A DNA stretch of 27,542 nt from Promethearchaeota archaeon (GCA_019058015.1 JAHLWH010000089.1:1-27542); one strand, 5' to 3'; shown: positions 7,809-18,253, counted from the stretch's first letter. Translations and numbers: made by a program. The notes: a model not told the origin generated them from the sequence alone.

Positions 7809-7978
7809 ATTTTTTTTTACCTTTAAAAAATCGGTTTTATCTAAAATTAATGCTAAAAATATTCTTATTTAAATGATGTAATATCGAAGAGAGTATTCAG
7901 ATAAGATTTAAAATATCTTTACAACAATACCAACATAATATTTAAGTATGCAAAATAATGTTTCTAAGATGATATTTA

Positions 7979-8584
7979 ATGAAAGAGTTAAAATATAGAT
8001 GCAAAAATTGCGGTACTTGTTGTTCAGAGGTGCCTGGGACAATCGAATATCCTACTTATAAAAGGATTCCACTTTATCCTAATGAAGCAGATAGATTAAT
8101 TGAAATTGCAAAAAAGAGTAATGTTCCTTTTAAAATAATTGAAGATTTAGTTTTTCCAGATGAAAAAAATCAAAAAATTTTAGTGGTTACATGGAGAATT
8201 AGATTAGATAATAATAATAAGCAGTGCGCCTTTCATATTAAAAATAGTTGCCAAGTGCATGATATGAAACCACTCGCATGTAGAGCTTATCCATTGGCAA
8301 TAAAGCAAGAGGATGCTTTTAATTTTAAAATTAGCATAGATCCTTTATGTAAATGGGTCATTGAAAATTATAATAATTTATGCAATATTGATTTTGAGCA
8401 AATTAAAAAAATCTTTCCACATGAATATATATATGCACAAGAACATCTAAATAGAAACAAGAGTATTATGTTAAAATTAAGAGAATTAGAGAAAGCAAAC
8501 AAGATTAAAATATTTAGGAAAATTTCAAACATAAATTTCAATAAATATCTAAAACAATGGGAAAGGGTTGAAATTAGAGTATGA
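7979..8584 (+). CDS. YkgJ / CxxCxxCC cysteine-cluster protein
   Basis: CKNCGTCC...CAF....CQVHDMKPLACRAYP. Confidence 0.88.
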   Translation: MKELKYRCKNCGTCCSEVPGTIEYPTYKRIPLYPNEADRLIEIAKKSNVPFKIIEDLVFPDEKNQKILVVTWRIRLDNNNKQCAFHIKNSCQVHDMKPLACRAYPLAIKQEDAFNFKISIDPLCKWVIENYNNLCNIDFEQIKKIFPHEYIYAQEHLNRNKSIMLKLRELEKANKIKIFRKISNINFNKYLKQWERVEIRV

Positions 8585-9219
8585 AGAAAATAATTAGTTT
8601 GCTTTCTGAAGGATTTGATAGCCCTATTGCCACTTATTTGATGATAAAACAAGGTTTTCTCCCAGTTTGCGTCACATTTATCACAAATAATGAAAATATT
8701 GATAAATTTAAAAGTAAAATCATTAAGATTGTTAAAATTCTCTCATCTTTTATTCAAAATGAAAAGATAAAGATACTCTTCATTAATCATACCAATAATT
8801 TAACATTTTTAAAAGAAAATTGTGAGAGGAAATTAACTTGTATTTTATGTAAGAGATTTATGATAAGAATTGCAAAAAAAATTGGGGAATTGGAAGGGAC
8901 AAATTTAATTTTAACAGGTGATATTTTAGGAGAACAAGCAAGTCAAACATTGGATAATCTATATACATATCAGCAAATTGCAGAGAATGCAATTATAATA
9001 AGACCACTAATAGGTTTCAATAAATTGGATGTTTTTAATATAAGCAGAAAAATTGGTCTATATGAGGTTTGCTCAGAGAAATCAGATTTTTGCACAAATT
9101 TTCCAGAATACCCCGAAACCCATGCTAAAGTTCCAATAATTGAGGAATCAGAAAAAAATATTCCAATTTTGTCATTAATTGACCAATCAATAAAGGAAGC
9201 GGAGATAATTGAGATTTAA
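8581..9219 (+). CDS. Stand-alone ThiI-like PP-loop domain protein (no THUMP domain)
   Basis: LLSEGFDSPIA, CILCKRFMIRIA, TGDILGEQASQTLDNL, RPLIGFNK, IG.YE. Overlaps the upstream gene by ATGA. Confidence 0.85.
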   Translation: MKKIISLLSEGFDSPIATYLMIKQGFLPVCVTFITNNENIDKFKSKIIKIVKILSSFIQNEKIKILFINHTNNLTFLKENCERKLTCILCKRFMIRIAKKIGELEGTNLILTGDILGEQASQTLDNLYTYQQIAENAIIIRPLIGFNKLDVFNISRKIGLYEVCSEKSDFCTNFPEYPETHAKVPIIEESEKNIPILSLIDQSIKEAEIIEI

Positions 9220-9614
9220 ATTTTTAATATATTATTTTTGTAAATTTCGATAAATTCCTCATCGTTTAGTGTAATTTTTTTAAAATTCTTCAATCCTAAA
9301 GATAATATTTGAGCCAATAAATGCTTACAGATGCTATTTTTTTTATTAATTACTACATTTTTATAAAAATCAAGACAGTCACAATATAATCCAGGGTAAA
9401 GGATATGTTCTCTCTCATCACCTATTGCAGTCCATAAAATTCGTTTTGATGGAGTAAAAGTGTATTGAATAATTCCCCTTTCCATAGTTTCTAAAGCTCT
9501 TTCAATTTTATCCGCAAAAGTAGTTTTCAATTTCTTAATTAATTCCTTGTTAATTTCTCCTGCTTCTTTGAATTTTTCTAAAAAAGATTTAATAATATTA
9601 TTTTCAGAAAACAC
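9216..9614 (-). CDS. SWIM zinc-finger protein
   Basis: YCDCLDF...CKHLLA (CxC-xn-CxH). Confidence 0.85.
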   Translation of the reverse strand: MFSENNIIKSFLEKFKEAGEINKELIKKLKTTFADKIERALETMERGIIQYTFTPSKRILWTAIGDEREHILYPGLYCDCLDFYKNVVINKKNSICKHLLAQILSLGLKNFKKITLNDEEFIEIYKNNILKI

Positions 9615-9695
9615 ATTTATTTAATTATCAATCGGATTATTAAAAATTGTGGATATAATACTGATAGTTTTAATTAAAGAAATAGGAAAAAAAAA

Positions 9696-10982
9696 GTGAG
9701 AATTTTACATTTTCCAACAAGATATTTCCCAGCAATCTCAGGTGCAGAGCTTTATTTTCAAAGAATATCTGAGATTATATCCGAAACTTATCATTATGAA
9801 ATTGAAATATATTGTTCAGATGCTCTTGATTTTTCAGCTTTAACCTCTCAAAAAGGAAAAAAAATTACTTCGGAAAATAAATATTTTAAGAAAGTGAATA
9901 ATTTAACGATTAATCGGATTCCTATAAAATATAATCAAACATTAGATGAACAGATATCATTTATTAAAAAATATTCAAGTTATGAAAGTTTAAGCATTTC
10001 TCGTGAGATTTTAGAGTTATTCCTTAAAAATGGTCCAAATATTTCTGAAATTTTAAATTATTTTAAAAAAGAAAATGAAATGAGATATGATTTAATTCAT
10101 TCCACATACCTACCTTATTTTAATAATTTAATCAGTTTGGTTTTAGGTAAAATGTATAATATTCCAACGGTTTGTACTCCTTTTTTCCATTTTGCAAACC
10201 AAAGGTATCAAAATCCGTGTTATATTGAACTTCTAAAGAAATTTAACATGATAATATGCTGTACATCTTTAGAGAAAAAATATTTAATTAAAAATGGGGT
10301 AAATTCGGAAAAAATTAAAATTGTTCCTATGGGTATAGATTTGGAATATTATGAAAAGTGCAAAAAAATGAATTTTAAAAAGACTTTTTTTGGTGAAAAA
10401 CAACAAAATTTCCCGATGATTTTTTTTTGCGGTAATAAAAATTTTGAAAAAGGAGCAATATCTCTTCTTAAAACAATTCCATTAATTTTAAAAGAAAAAA
10501 AAAAGATAATTTTTACATTTATAGGTTCCAGCACTGAGGCTTTTAATAGAGAGTTAAAAAAGGTTAAAAAAATCAAAAATAAATATATAGTTAATTTATC
10601 ACCTTCCAATTTGAAAGGTTATTTCGATATAAAAAAAATATCTGCATTTAGAGAATGTGAGATCTATGTTATGCCTTCCCGCTCAGATGCTTTTGGTATA
10701 TCATTCTTAGAAGCATGGGTATTTAAGAAACCTGTTATAGGCGCTAATATTGGAAGTACCCCAGAGGTTATTGATAATGGAAAAAATGGATTAGTAGTAG
10801 AATTTGATAATACTGAAGATATTTGCAGTAAAATTGTGTATCTTTTGAAAAACAAAAAATATGCTAAACAAATTGGCACTGCAGGATATCAGAAAATAAA
10901 GGATAAGAATTATTTATGGAGTCATATATCTGAAAAAATATTTAAAATCTATAATAAATTAATCGAAGGAGATAATTTTTAA
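9696..10982 (+). CDS. Glycosyltransferase family 4 (GT-B)
   Basis: RYFPAISGAE, VPMGID, KG, YVMPSRSDAFGISFLEAW, PEVIDNGKNG. Confidence 0.92.
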   Translation: MRILHFPTRYFPAISGAELYFQRISEIISETYHYEIEIYCSDALDFSALTSQKGKKITSENKYFKKVNNLTINRIPIKYNQTLDEQISFIKKYSSYESLSISREILELFLKNGPNISEILNYFKKENEMRYDLIHSTYLPYFNNLISLVLGKMYNIPTVCTPFFHFANQRYQNPCYIELLKKFNMIICCTSLEKKYLIKNGVNSEKIKIVPMGIDLEYYEKCKKMNFKKTFFGEKQQNFPMIFFCGNKNFEKGAISLLKTIPLILKEKKKIIFTFIGSSTEAFNRELKKVKKIKNKYIVNLSPSNLKGYFDIKKISAFRECEIYVMPSRSDAFGISFLEAWVFKKPVIGANIGSTPEVIDNGKNGLVVEFDNTEDICSKIVYLLKNKKYAKQIGTAGYQKIKDKNYLWSHISEKIFKIYNKLIEGDNF

Positions 10983-10989
10983 TTAATAT

Positions 10990-12216
10990 ATGATTATGAA
11001 AACTATAGCCGGAAATCCGTATCTAAAGAAAGATCAAGGAAAATTTTATTTTGATGAATTAGAATACTCTATTTTGGAAAAGGATTTTAGTACGCCTTAT
11101 TTTGTGTTTTTAGAAAACCGGATTAAAGATAATATAAATAGTTTTAATGATGCATTTTCTTCACATTTTGAAAGATATGAAGGATTTTATTCTTTTAAAG
11201 CAAATTACTTGCATGAAATTTGTAGAATTGTTAAAGAGGGGAATTTTGGCGCTGAAATTATTAGTCTACCTGAATTAGAATTAGCATTAAATCTTAATTT
11301 TTCTCCCAATAAAATAATTGTAGGGGGGATATATTTAACCGATCAGTTAATTTTAAAATGTCTAGACAATAATATAAAAGAAATTATAGCCTACAGTCTC
11401 TCAGATATAAAAAAAATCAATGATCTTGCAAAAAATTATAATAAAACTCAAAAAATATGTTTAAGAATCAATTCGGGGAAATATAATGCACGTTTAGGTG
11501 TTGAAATTAATGAAAATACAATAGAAAAATTACAATTAATTTTATCTGAGTGCAAAAATATAGAATTAACTACAATTCTTTCCCATTTTAGTACTCAGAT
11601 GAATAGTATCGATCTCTTAAAAAAAAATTGTATTTCTTTATTAGCAAGTTTAAAGAAATTACAAAAAAAATTGCATATTGATATAAAAAATATAAATTTT
11701 GGTGGAGGGTTTCCTGAAGCTGTCGTATTTAAAAAGGAAAGACTTGAAGATTTTGCACTAAGTGTAAAGAAATTGATACAAGAATATAATTTTTCTCATT
11801 TAAACGTTTATTTTGAGCCAGGACGCTTTCTAGTTGGTGATGCAGGTATTTTAATTTCAAAAATAATAAATGTTACTGATAATAGATGGATATTTCTAAA
11901 TATTGGAAATCATATAGTTCCTAAATTTGCGCGTTGTAATTTAAGGTTTTATAATTTGAATAATTTAAACGAATCTTATAATACTAAAACATCTTTTGTG
12001 GGTATAATTCCTTCTGATCAAGACGTTTTGGCAAAGGATTATTATTTTACTCCTACTTTAAAAATTGGAGATAGAGTTCTTATTTCCAATGTTGGTGCTT
12101 ATTGTTTAACGTTTTCTAATAGATTTCCATATAGGCTACCAGCTATTTTGCTAGTTAAAAGTAAAGAATATAAAACAATATTTAATCCCACAAAACATCA
12201 AGACTTTTCACTTTAA
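10990..12216 (+). CDS. Fold-type III PLP decarboxylase (LysA/ornithine decarboxylase family), divergent
   Basis: TPYFV, YSFKAN (PLP Lys), NFGGGF, FEPGRFLVGDAG, NVGAYC. Confidence 0.85.
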   Translation: MIMKTIAGNPYLKKDQGKFYFDELEYSILEKDFSTPYFVFLENRIKDNINSFNDAFSSHFERYEGFYSFKANYLHEICRIVKEGNFGAEIISLPELELALNLNFSPNKIIVGGIYLTDQLILKCLDNNIKEIIAYSLSDIKKINDLAKNYNKTQKICLRINSGKYNARLGVEINENTIEKLQLILSECKNIELTTILSHFSTQMNSIDLLKKNCISLLASLKKLQKKLHIDIKNINFGGGFPEAVVFKKERLEDFALSVKKLIQEYNFSHLNVYFEPGRFLVGDAGILISKIINVTDNRWIFLNIGNHIVPKFARCNLRFYNLNNLNESYNTKTSFVGIIPSDQDVLAKDYYFTPTLKIGDRVLISNVGAYCLTFSNRFPYRLPAILLVKSKEYKTIFNPTKHQDFSL

Positions 12217-12305
12217 TTCTGGTATCATCCACGTAATATATTATTTCAAATTTTTGTTTTTTGATTTTTTTTATAACCAGATATATATTATTAAGTGAAT
12301 TTTTT

Positions 12306-13412
12306 ATGGAAAGTTTCATTAAAGCAGCAAAAAAGAGAGAATTGGTTAAACGTAAAGCTCAAACACTATGTTCAGCCAATATAAAAATTATTGGGACTGG
12401 AGGAGCCGGAAATAATACAATACATCGTCTTATGAAAATAGGAATTAGAGGTGCAACTTGTATTGGAATAAATACAGATAAACAACATCTAGATGCAATA
12501 GATTCTCATCAAAAAATATTAATTGGCAGAAATTTAACGAGGGGGTTGGGTGCCGGTGGAAATCCGTCAATTGGAAAAGCAGCTGCGGAGGAATCAAGAA
12601 AAGAATTAACTCATGCATTAAGAGATTCAGATCTCGTTTTTATTGCCTGTGGGGAGGGTGGTGGAACAGGAACTGGAAGTGCTCCTGTAATTGCAGAAAT
12701 TGCAAAGTTAGAAGGAGCAATTGTAGTTAGTGTTGTCACTTTACCATTTAAATCTGAAAAAGGAAGAATGGAAAAAGCCCTAAAGGGGCTTAACATATTA
12801 AGACAATATGTAGATACTTTAATCGTTATTGATAATAATAATTTATTAGAAATCGCCCCAGATTTACCTTTATTAGAGGCATTTAGCGTTGCGGATGAGG
12901 TTTTGGCTACAATCGTAAAAGGAATTACGGAAACCATTTCATTACCGTCATTGATTAATCTAGATTTCGCAGATGTGAGAACTATATTATGTGCTGGCGG
13001 TGTGACCATAGTGGGCGTAGGAGAATCAAATAATCCTGAAAATCGAGTTGAGGAAGCGATTAACGATGCGTTGAATTCCCCCTTATTAGATTTGGATATT
13101 CAGGGTGCAAAAGGGGCATTAATACATGTAAGCGGTGGTCCCGATATGACATTGGGGGAAGTCAATAAGGTTGCTGAAATAATTTCAGAGAAAATGGATT
13201 CAAAAGATGCGCTGGTAATTTGGGGAGCGAGGATTGCAGATGATCTTGAAGGATTTATTCGAGTTATGTTATTACTTACTGGTATTAAATCTCCTCAAAT
13301 AACAGGAACTGGTTATAATCCAAGACCAGCTATATTGGATCCTAAAATTCCCAGATCACGACCTACACTAAGTGATGCAATGTTTAAATTAAATGAAGTT
13401 TCTACTGAATAA
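12306..13412 (+). CDS. ftsZ: Cell division protein FtsZ (probably archaeal FtsZ2 type)
   Basis: GTGGAGNN, INTD, GLGAGGNP, GGGTGTGSAPV, T7 loop LINLDFAD. TETISLPSLINLD resembles the FtsZ2 subfamily. ATG at 12306. Confidence 0.95.
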   Translation: MESFIKAAKKRELVKRKAQTLCSANIKIIGTGGAGNNTIHRLMKIGIRGATCIGINTDKQHLDAIDSHQKILIGRNLTRGLGAGGNPSIGKAAAEESRKELTHALRDSDLVFIACGEGGGTGTGSAPVIAEIAKLEGAIVVSVVTLPFKSEKGRMEKALKGLNILRQYVDTLIVIDNNNLLEIAPDLPLLEAFSVADEVLATIVKGITETISLPSLINLDFADVRTILCAGGVTIVGVGESNNPENRVEEAINDALNSPLLDLDIQGAKGALIHVSGGPDMTLGEVNKVAEIISEKMDSKDALVIWGARIADDLEGFIRVMLLLTGIKSPQITGTGYNPRPAILDPKIPRSRPTLSDAMFKLNEVSTE

Positions 13413-13512
13413 ATTCATCAATTTTTTATTTAATAACTCTTAAAAAGAAGAATTAGTTTTTCTAAAATATTATTGTTGAGTTTAAATATTGTTCTTTTTA
13501 TATTTCTAATGT

Positions 13513-13884
13513 ATGGATATAGAAAGTAGTGATGATATTCAAACTGAAATTGAATATATCATATTTAATCTAAGTATTTGGAATTACATTTTCAAAATAA
13601 AAAAAGAATATTTTCTAGAGGGATATACATTATTTTTAGAAGAGCAAGATAAAATTTATCCCCGTTTAATTGTTATTCACAAAAAATATGATAATAATAA
13701 TTTCTCAATTTATTCTTATGAAAGAACATTTGATATTAGGGCGGGTAAAGAAAAATTTATTGAAATTTATTCAATCAAAGAAATTGAGAACAGAGAGGAT
13801 TTGTTAAAAAATTTAAAGAAAGTATTCTGTGGTGTTGATATATTAAGTTATGCATCTCAAAAAGATTTAAAAGGATTTTTATAA
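13513..13884 (+). CDS. Hypothetical protein
   Basis: 123-aa ORF filling the space between ftsZ and the convergent operon; no recognisable motif. Confidence 0.6.
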   Translation: MDIESSDDIQTEIEYIIFNLSIWNYIFKIKKEYFLEGYTLFLEEQDKIYPRLIVIHKKYDNNNFSIYSYERTFDIRAGKEKFIEIYSIKEIENREDLLKNLKKVFCGVDILSYASQKDLKGFL

Positions 13885-13890
13885 AACTCA

Positions 13891-14454
13891 CTAAAATTCG
13901 GGTTTATAGATTTTCCGAAATTCTTCTTTTTTCATCTCTCTATATTTCTTTTCTAGAAAGCTTAACACCACATTTAGTGGAGCTCCAGAGATTATCATTG
14001 AGAGAGCTTTTCTAGCAATTTTAATTTCTTCAAATCCTCCAATAAAGCTCACAGTTCTCCCGTAAACGGACATTGATACACCAGAAAATTTTTCAATTGA
14101 TTTTCTCATTTCCCCATTTCGACCAATAATTCTACCTTTAATTCGTTTGATTTTTTTGTCAGATTTACCAATTTTTTCCTCCAACTTTATTACTTCTAAG
14201 AATATATCTTCTATTAGTAATTTTAAAGCTTTTTTAGGATTAAAACCTCGGCCTATTGCGGAGATTATTTTTTCAGTCAACAAAACATTATAAGGATTAT
14301 AATTTTCATTATTTGGTTCAAAATTTTGAACTATGTCAACTTCTCCCGTCTTACTATCAATATTTAATTTCGTACCTGTTAAATTTTCAATTTCCTTTTT
14401 AATTTCTCCATTATGTCCAATAAGGATGGGAATGCGAGCCTCAGAGATTTTCAT
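13891..14454 (-). CDS. KH-domain pre-rRNA processing protein (Dim2/Pno1 family)
   Basis: LIGHNG, AIGRGFNP, RIKGRIIGRNG; lies downstream of rio1. Confidence 0.92.
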   Translation of the reverse strand: MKISEARIPILIGHNGEIKKEIENLTGTKLNIDSKTGEVDIVQNFEPNNENYNPYNVLLTEKIISAIGRGFNPKKALKLLIEDIFLEVIKLEEKIGKSDKKIKRIKGRIIGRNGEMRKSIEKFSGVSMSVYGRTVSFIGGFEEIKIARKALSMIISGAPLNVVLSFLEKKYREMKKEEFRKIYKPEF

Positions 14455-14505
14455 ATTATATCAAATTGTATAAACATTAAAAATAGATTTCTTTTTTTAA
14501 AATTA

Positions 14506-15333
14506 TTAATTTTTAATAATATCATAAAATGCCTCTTTTACTGTTGGAGTCTCTATTCCAAATTTAGAGAAAAAATTTATTACATTTTTTATATCTCGAA
14601 TTAAATACTGATCAGATTTAGGGTGATCAATAGAGACGGCTTGCGAAATATCAATTATGATAGGCTTTTGATCCAACATAAGGATATTAAATTCGCTTAA
14701 ATCGCCATGGACTAATTTCGCTTTATATAAAACTTTTATAAATTGATACACTTCATCGAATAACTTCTCAGCATTTTCCAAACTCTTGACATTTTTTAAT
14801 ATAGGTGCTGGGGTAGGTCCATCTCCAATATATTCCATAATTAAAACATTATTTTTGACATATATTGGCTGAGGGACAGATAAACCCGCATGATATGCTT
14901 GTTTTAAATTTTTAAATTCTTTTTTAGCCCATAGAAAAATAATCTGGGAAGAATTTTTACCTACTTTCTTAAAGCGCGGATCTCCAATAATATAATTTTT
15001 CATCCACCGAGAAGTATTACTATCAATTTTATAGATTTTTATTGCAATTTCATTTCCTTCTTTATCGTAAGCTAAATAAACATTTGCCTCTTTACCTGCA
15101 TTAATAATTCCGATAAATTCCCCAATTATTTGTTTATCCAATAATTTTCTTAATAAAAAGATAGTTCTCTCATCAAAAACACTGTCCACCGCTAACCTAA
15201 TTGATGATTGGTCTTTCTTTTTAATTCGTCTTTTATCGATTTTTTTTATTTCCAAATCTCTCGATTCTTCCATATCATATTCTTCGATAAAATCTTCTTC
15301 TATTTCCTCAAAATCTGTATTATTTTCTTCCAT
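14506..15333 (-). CDS. rio1: RIO1-family serine kinase/ATPase
   Basis: AGKEANVY, AIKIY, YIIGDPRF, WAKKEFKNL, LVHGDLSEFNIL, IDISQAV, RDIKN. Confidence 0.95.
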   Translation of the reverse strand: MEENNTDFEEIEEDFIEEYDMEESRDLEIKKIDKRRIKKKDQSSIRLAVDSVFDERTIFLLRKLLDKQIIGEFIGIINAGKEANVYLAYDKEGNEIAIKIYKIDSNTSRWMKNYIIGDPRFKKVGKNSSQIIFLWAKKEFKNLKQAYHAGLSVPQPIYVKNNVLIMEYIGDGPTPAPILKNVKSLENAEKLFDEVYQFIKVLYKAKLVHGDLSEFNILMLDQKPIIIDISQAVSIDHPKSDQYLIRDIKNVINFFSKFGIETPTVKEAFYDIIKN

Positions 15334-16285
15334 CTCTAAAAATTTGTAAAATCTTTTTTTGTATTTTAACTTTTTTGCTGAAAAAAAATTGATAGTTCTT
15401 TATTATTCTATTTCCATGGGTATCTATTAAATGTATTTTATTTTTCCCTATTTTATCTACTATATATTTTATGTTTTTGGTAATTACTTCATCTTCCTTT
15501 TCAATAGGTAAAAATTTTATTAAAGTTTTTATTCTATATATGTTTTTACCGCGTTGAACATCTCTACTCATCAACTTTTTAGAAGATTTTATTAAAAAAT
15601 TATATTCTGGTTTTAATAATCGAATAATCTTATTGGTTTGATTTTGTGTGCTTAAAAAAATATCAATACCATTTTTAACATATTCGATTTTTGTAATATA
15701 TTCAGTAGAATCTTTTTTTGATACTTGTTCTATATAATTTTTTATCTTTTCTTTAACAATTTCAATTAAGTCCAATTGTTCGACGAAAATAACCCTTAAT
15801 TGAATAATTGCATTAATTTTTTTTTGTTTTATACTAATACAGTTGTCACAGTGACCATATTTTAATTTTACTTTGATTTCTTGAGTATAAATTAAATTTT
15901 TATCATATATATGAACTCCAGTGATTATAAGATAAATATCCTCGATAATTTTAGCACTTGGAGAAATTTTTTCTTCCAAAATTTTAATATTGAATTTAAT
16001 ATTTTCCTTTTTCCCATATGGCTCTAATAAAAAATATTTAATAGCTGATTTAACAATCTCTAATATATTTTCTGTAGAAGGAGTTAACCAAATTTTTACT
16101 TTAGATTCCTTAGAAAAACTACCGCACTCTAAACATATATTTAAATAAAATATATCTTGAAATTGAAATAATGGCTTATCTTTAAGATAACATCTTAGAC
16201 AAGTAAATTTTTCATAAATTTTTTCATTTGTAGAAAATTTTTTTCCACAAAGGGAGCAAAAACGGGTTGGATGGGTTTGTGGCAT
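15320..16285 (-). CDS. NMD3-family ribosome biogenesis protein
   Basis: Four CxxC pairs (CSLC, CLRC, CLEC, CDNC), AIIQLR, NGIDI, KL..RD..RGK..YR. Confidence 0.88.
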   Translation of the reverse strand: MPQTHPTRFCSLCGKKFSTNEKIYEKFTCLRCYLKDKPLFQFQDIFYLNICLECGSFSKESKVKIWLTPSTENILEIVKSAIKYFLLEPYGKKENIKFNIKILEEKISPSAKIIEDIYLIITGVHIYDKNLIYTQEIKVKLKYGHCDNCISIKQKKINAIIQLRVIFVEQLDLIEIVKEKIKNYIEQVSKKDSTEYITKIEYVKNGIDIFLSTQNQTNKIIRLLKPEYNFLIKSSKKLMSRDVQRGKNIYRIKTLIKFLPIEKEDEVITKNIKYIVDKIGKNKIHLIDTHGNRIIKNYQFFFSKKVKIQKKILQIFRDGRK

Positions 16286-16286
16286 A

Positions 16287-16583
16287 TTAAAATATCATCT
16301 TTAATGCCATAGGTATATTATTAATTTTTTTAATATTTGATTCAAGAACAATTCCACTTTTAATTGCTTTTCTAACGATATTATTACCAATAATATTAAA
16401 GTTCGAAGATATAGATAATATATTTATCGCTTCATCTATATCAATTAATTTTCCTCCATAGAAGTCATTAGAAATCTTTAATTTAAAATTAGCTTCATAT
16501 AACTCTTTATTAAGAAGATCATCGTCGCAAACTGCAACGATCTCAGTAGTTCCTTGAGCATGAACTTTAAGATAGACTTGCAA
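16287..16583 (-). CDS. DUF424 family protein
   Basis: VAVCDDDLL, FYGG, NIIGNNIV; usual position next to aIF2-beta. Confidence 0.9.
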   Translation of the reverse strand: MQVYLKVHAQGTTEIVAVCDDDLLNKELYEANFKLKISNDFYGGKLIDIDEAINILSISSNFNIIGNNIVRKAIKSGIVLESNIKKINNIPMALKMIF

Positions 16584-16600
16584 CGATAATACACCTTATT

Positions 16601-17011
16601 TTATTCAATAATTGGAGTTCGTGCTCCACATGCTTGGCAGAATAAATACAATTTCTTATCTTCTTTAGCTATACTAGTATCAGGTTTGTTACATATCTTG
16701 CATAAAACATATTTATTAACATATTCATTTATTTGACGATTTAGAACATCTTTTTTAGGTCGTCCTTTTAAAAACAATTGCCCTCCTCGATATTCGCCCA
16801 TCATACCAATATTTTTCAAAAAAATTGGTAGAAACTGTTTTGCATCTCTATTTATCTTTTGAATAATTTTAGAAAAATTTAAAATTATAGTATTTTTTCC
16901 TTCAGGCCTTATTTCAACATCTGGAATGATAAATCGCTCTTTTTGTTTAGCTCCTTCGGGAATTTGATCCATTGCTTGTTTTAAATATTTTTTATATTGT
17001 TCAAACTCCAA
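16601..17011 (-). CDS. Translation initiation factor aIF-2 subunit beta
   Basis: ERFIIP, EGKNTIILNF, YVLCKICNKPDT...CQACGA. Confidence 0.95.
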   Translation of the reverse strand: MEFEQYKKYLKQAMDQIPEGAKQKERFIIPDVEIRPEGKNTIILNFSKIIQKINRDAKQFLPIFLKNIGMMGEYRGGQLFLKGRPKKDVLNRQINEYVNKYVLCKICNKPDTSIAKEDKKLYLFCQACGARTPIIE

Positions 17012-17159
17012 CTTTATATTTCCCTTATACCTTATTTTTTTTGTTTAATTCTTTAAATACTCCTTAAATATTTTAATTCTCAGAAAAAAAAAAGTTTTTC
17101 GATTTGCTCTCAATCTTGTAGTTTTTTCAACTTGATATAAAATATGTCTAAAATATCCA

Positions 17160-17885
17160 TTATATCAATTGATAATAATTTTCTTCAACTTGATATATTC
17201 TTGATTCAATTTCCAATTCGTTAAGATATTTTTTTAAATCATTTTCATTAAAAGCTAATGATTTCTGTAATTCTTCAAACGGAATTCCTTTAATTTCACC
17301 GCCTAATTCTTTAATTTTTTCCAAAACTTGTTCTTTATCATCATCACTTTTAAATAAATGATTCATTTCATATTCTTCAGAAAGCTCATCAATAGGAAAA
17401 TTATCTTCAAATTTCCTTGGAATTTCCATTAGATCAGTGGTTTTAAGTTTTTTGATTATTTCTGCATCTCTTAACAGTACAAAATTGGGATTTTCAATAT
17501 GCTTAATCATTTCGGGAGAAATAGAAAAATAATTTTTCCACTGTCTTATAATGCCCATTACATCAACCAGATCTCCTTTCACAATATGGGAATATTGTTC
17601 AGCAACAACACCCCAAAGAATCGCCCTTATTATGCCAGTTCCATCATCTAAATCGAATTCTAACCTTGAATTAAAATCTGTTTTATCTAAATCTGATTTT
17701 TCTTCAATTTTTTGACTAATAATTTCCTTTTTATCCAAAACCGTTGCGTAGATCCTAACTCGTTTATATTTTCCAAAAATAGTAAATAGTATTTTCTCGT
17801 CGTGTAAGTATGTTCCTTCAAGAATATGTTTTATCCAGCATCTTAATGCCGGGTATCTTATTAATCTTTGAATATTATTACTCAT
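17160..17885 (-). CDS. RPA32/RPA2-like OB-fold protein with C-terminal winged helix
   Basis: RVRIYATV, LDDGTGIIRA.LW, GDLVDVMG.IR; C-terminal GIPFEEL...L.EL..E..IYQ. Confidence 0.85.
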   Translation of the reverse strand: MSNNIQRLIRYPALRCWIKHILEGTYLHDEKILFTIFGKYKRVRIYATVLDKKEIISQKIEEKSDLDKTDFNSRLEFDLDDGTGIIRAILWGVVAEQYSHIVKGDLVDVMGIIRQWKNYFSISPEMIKHIENPNFVLLRDAEIIKKLKTTDLMEIPRKFEDNFPIDELSEEYEMNHLFKSDDDKEQVLEKIKELGGEIKGIPFEELQKSLAFNENDLKKYLNELEIESRIYQVEENYYQLI

Positions 17886-18253
17886 CTTAATTCTTAAATT
17901 TATTAATTATTATTAATATTTAGGAAAAATCCTAATTTTTATTATTCTTTTTGGAAGTTTCAAATATATATTTTCCCCATTAATATCATAATATTTTACT
18001 TTAAAATTACTAATTTGAAAAAATTTTTCTTGATTCAATTTATTTCAATCATAAAAAAAACAAAAAGATTTCGATTTAACATGGATTTAAAATATACATT
18101 ACTCAATAGTGGGGTCTGCTTCAAGGAGATTATTTAAATAAAAAAGCGAATATTAAAATTAATATAATATTTATCTTTGTTAACATTTAATCATAAATTA
18201 ATATAATTTTTAATATAAATAAAATACGAGAATATTAGTAAAGAGTTAAGAAT

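Noticed and set aside
17886-18253. 368-nt intergenic region with a small GC blip (about 18100-18130) and an 18-codon ORF
   Set aside because: No stable hairpin, repeat, or C/D-box pair could be supported.
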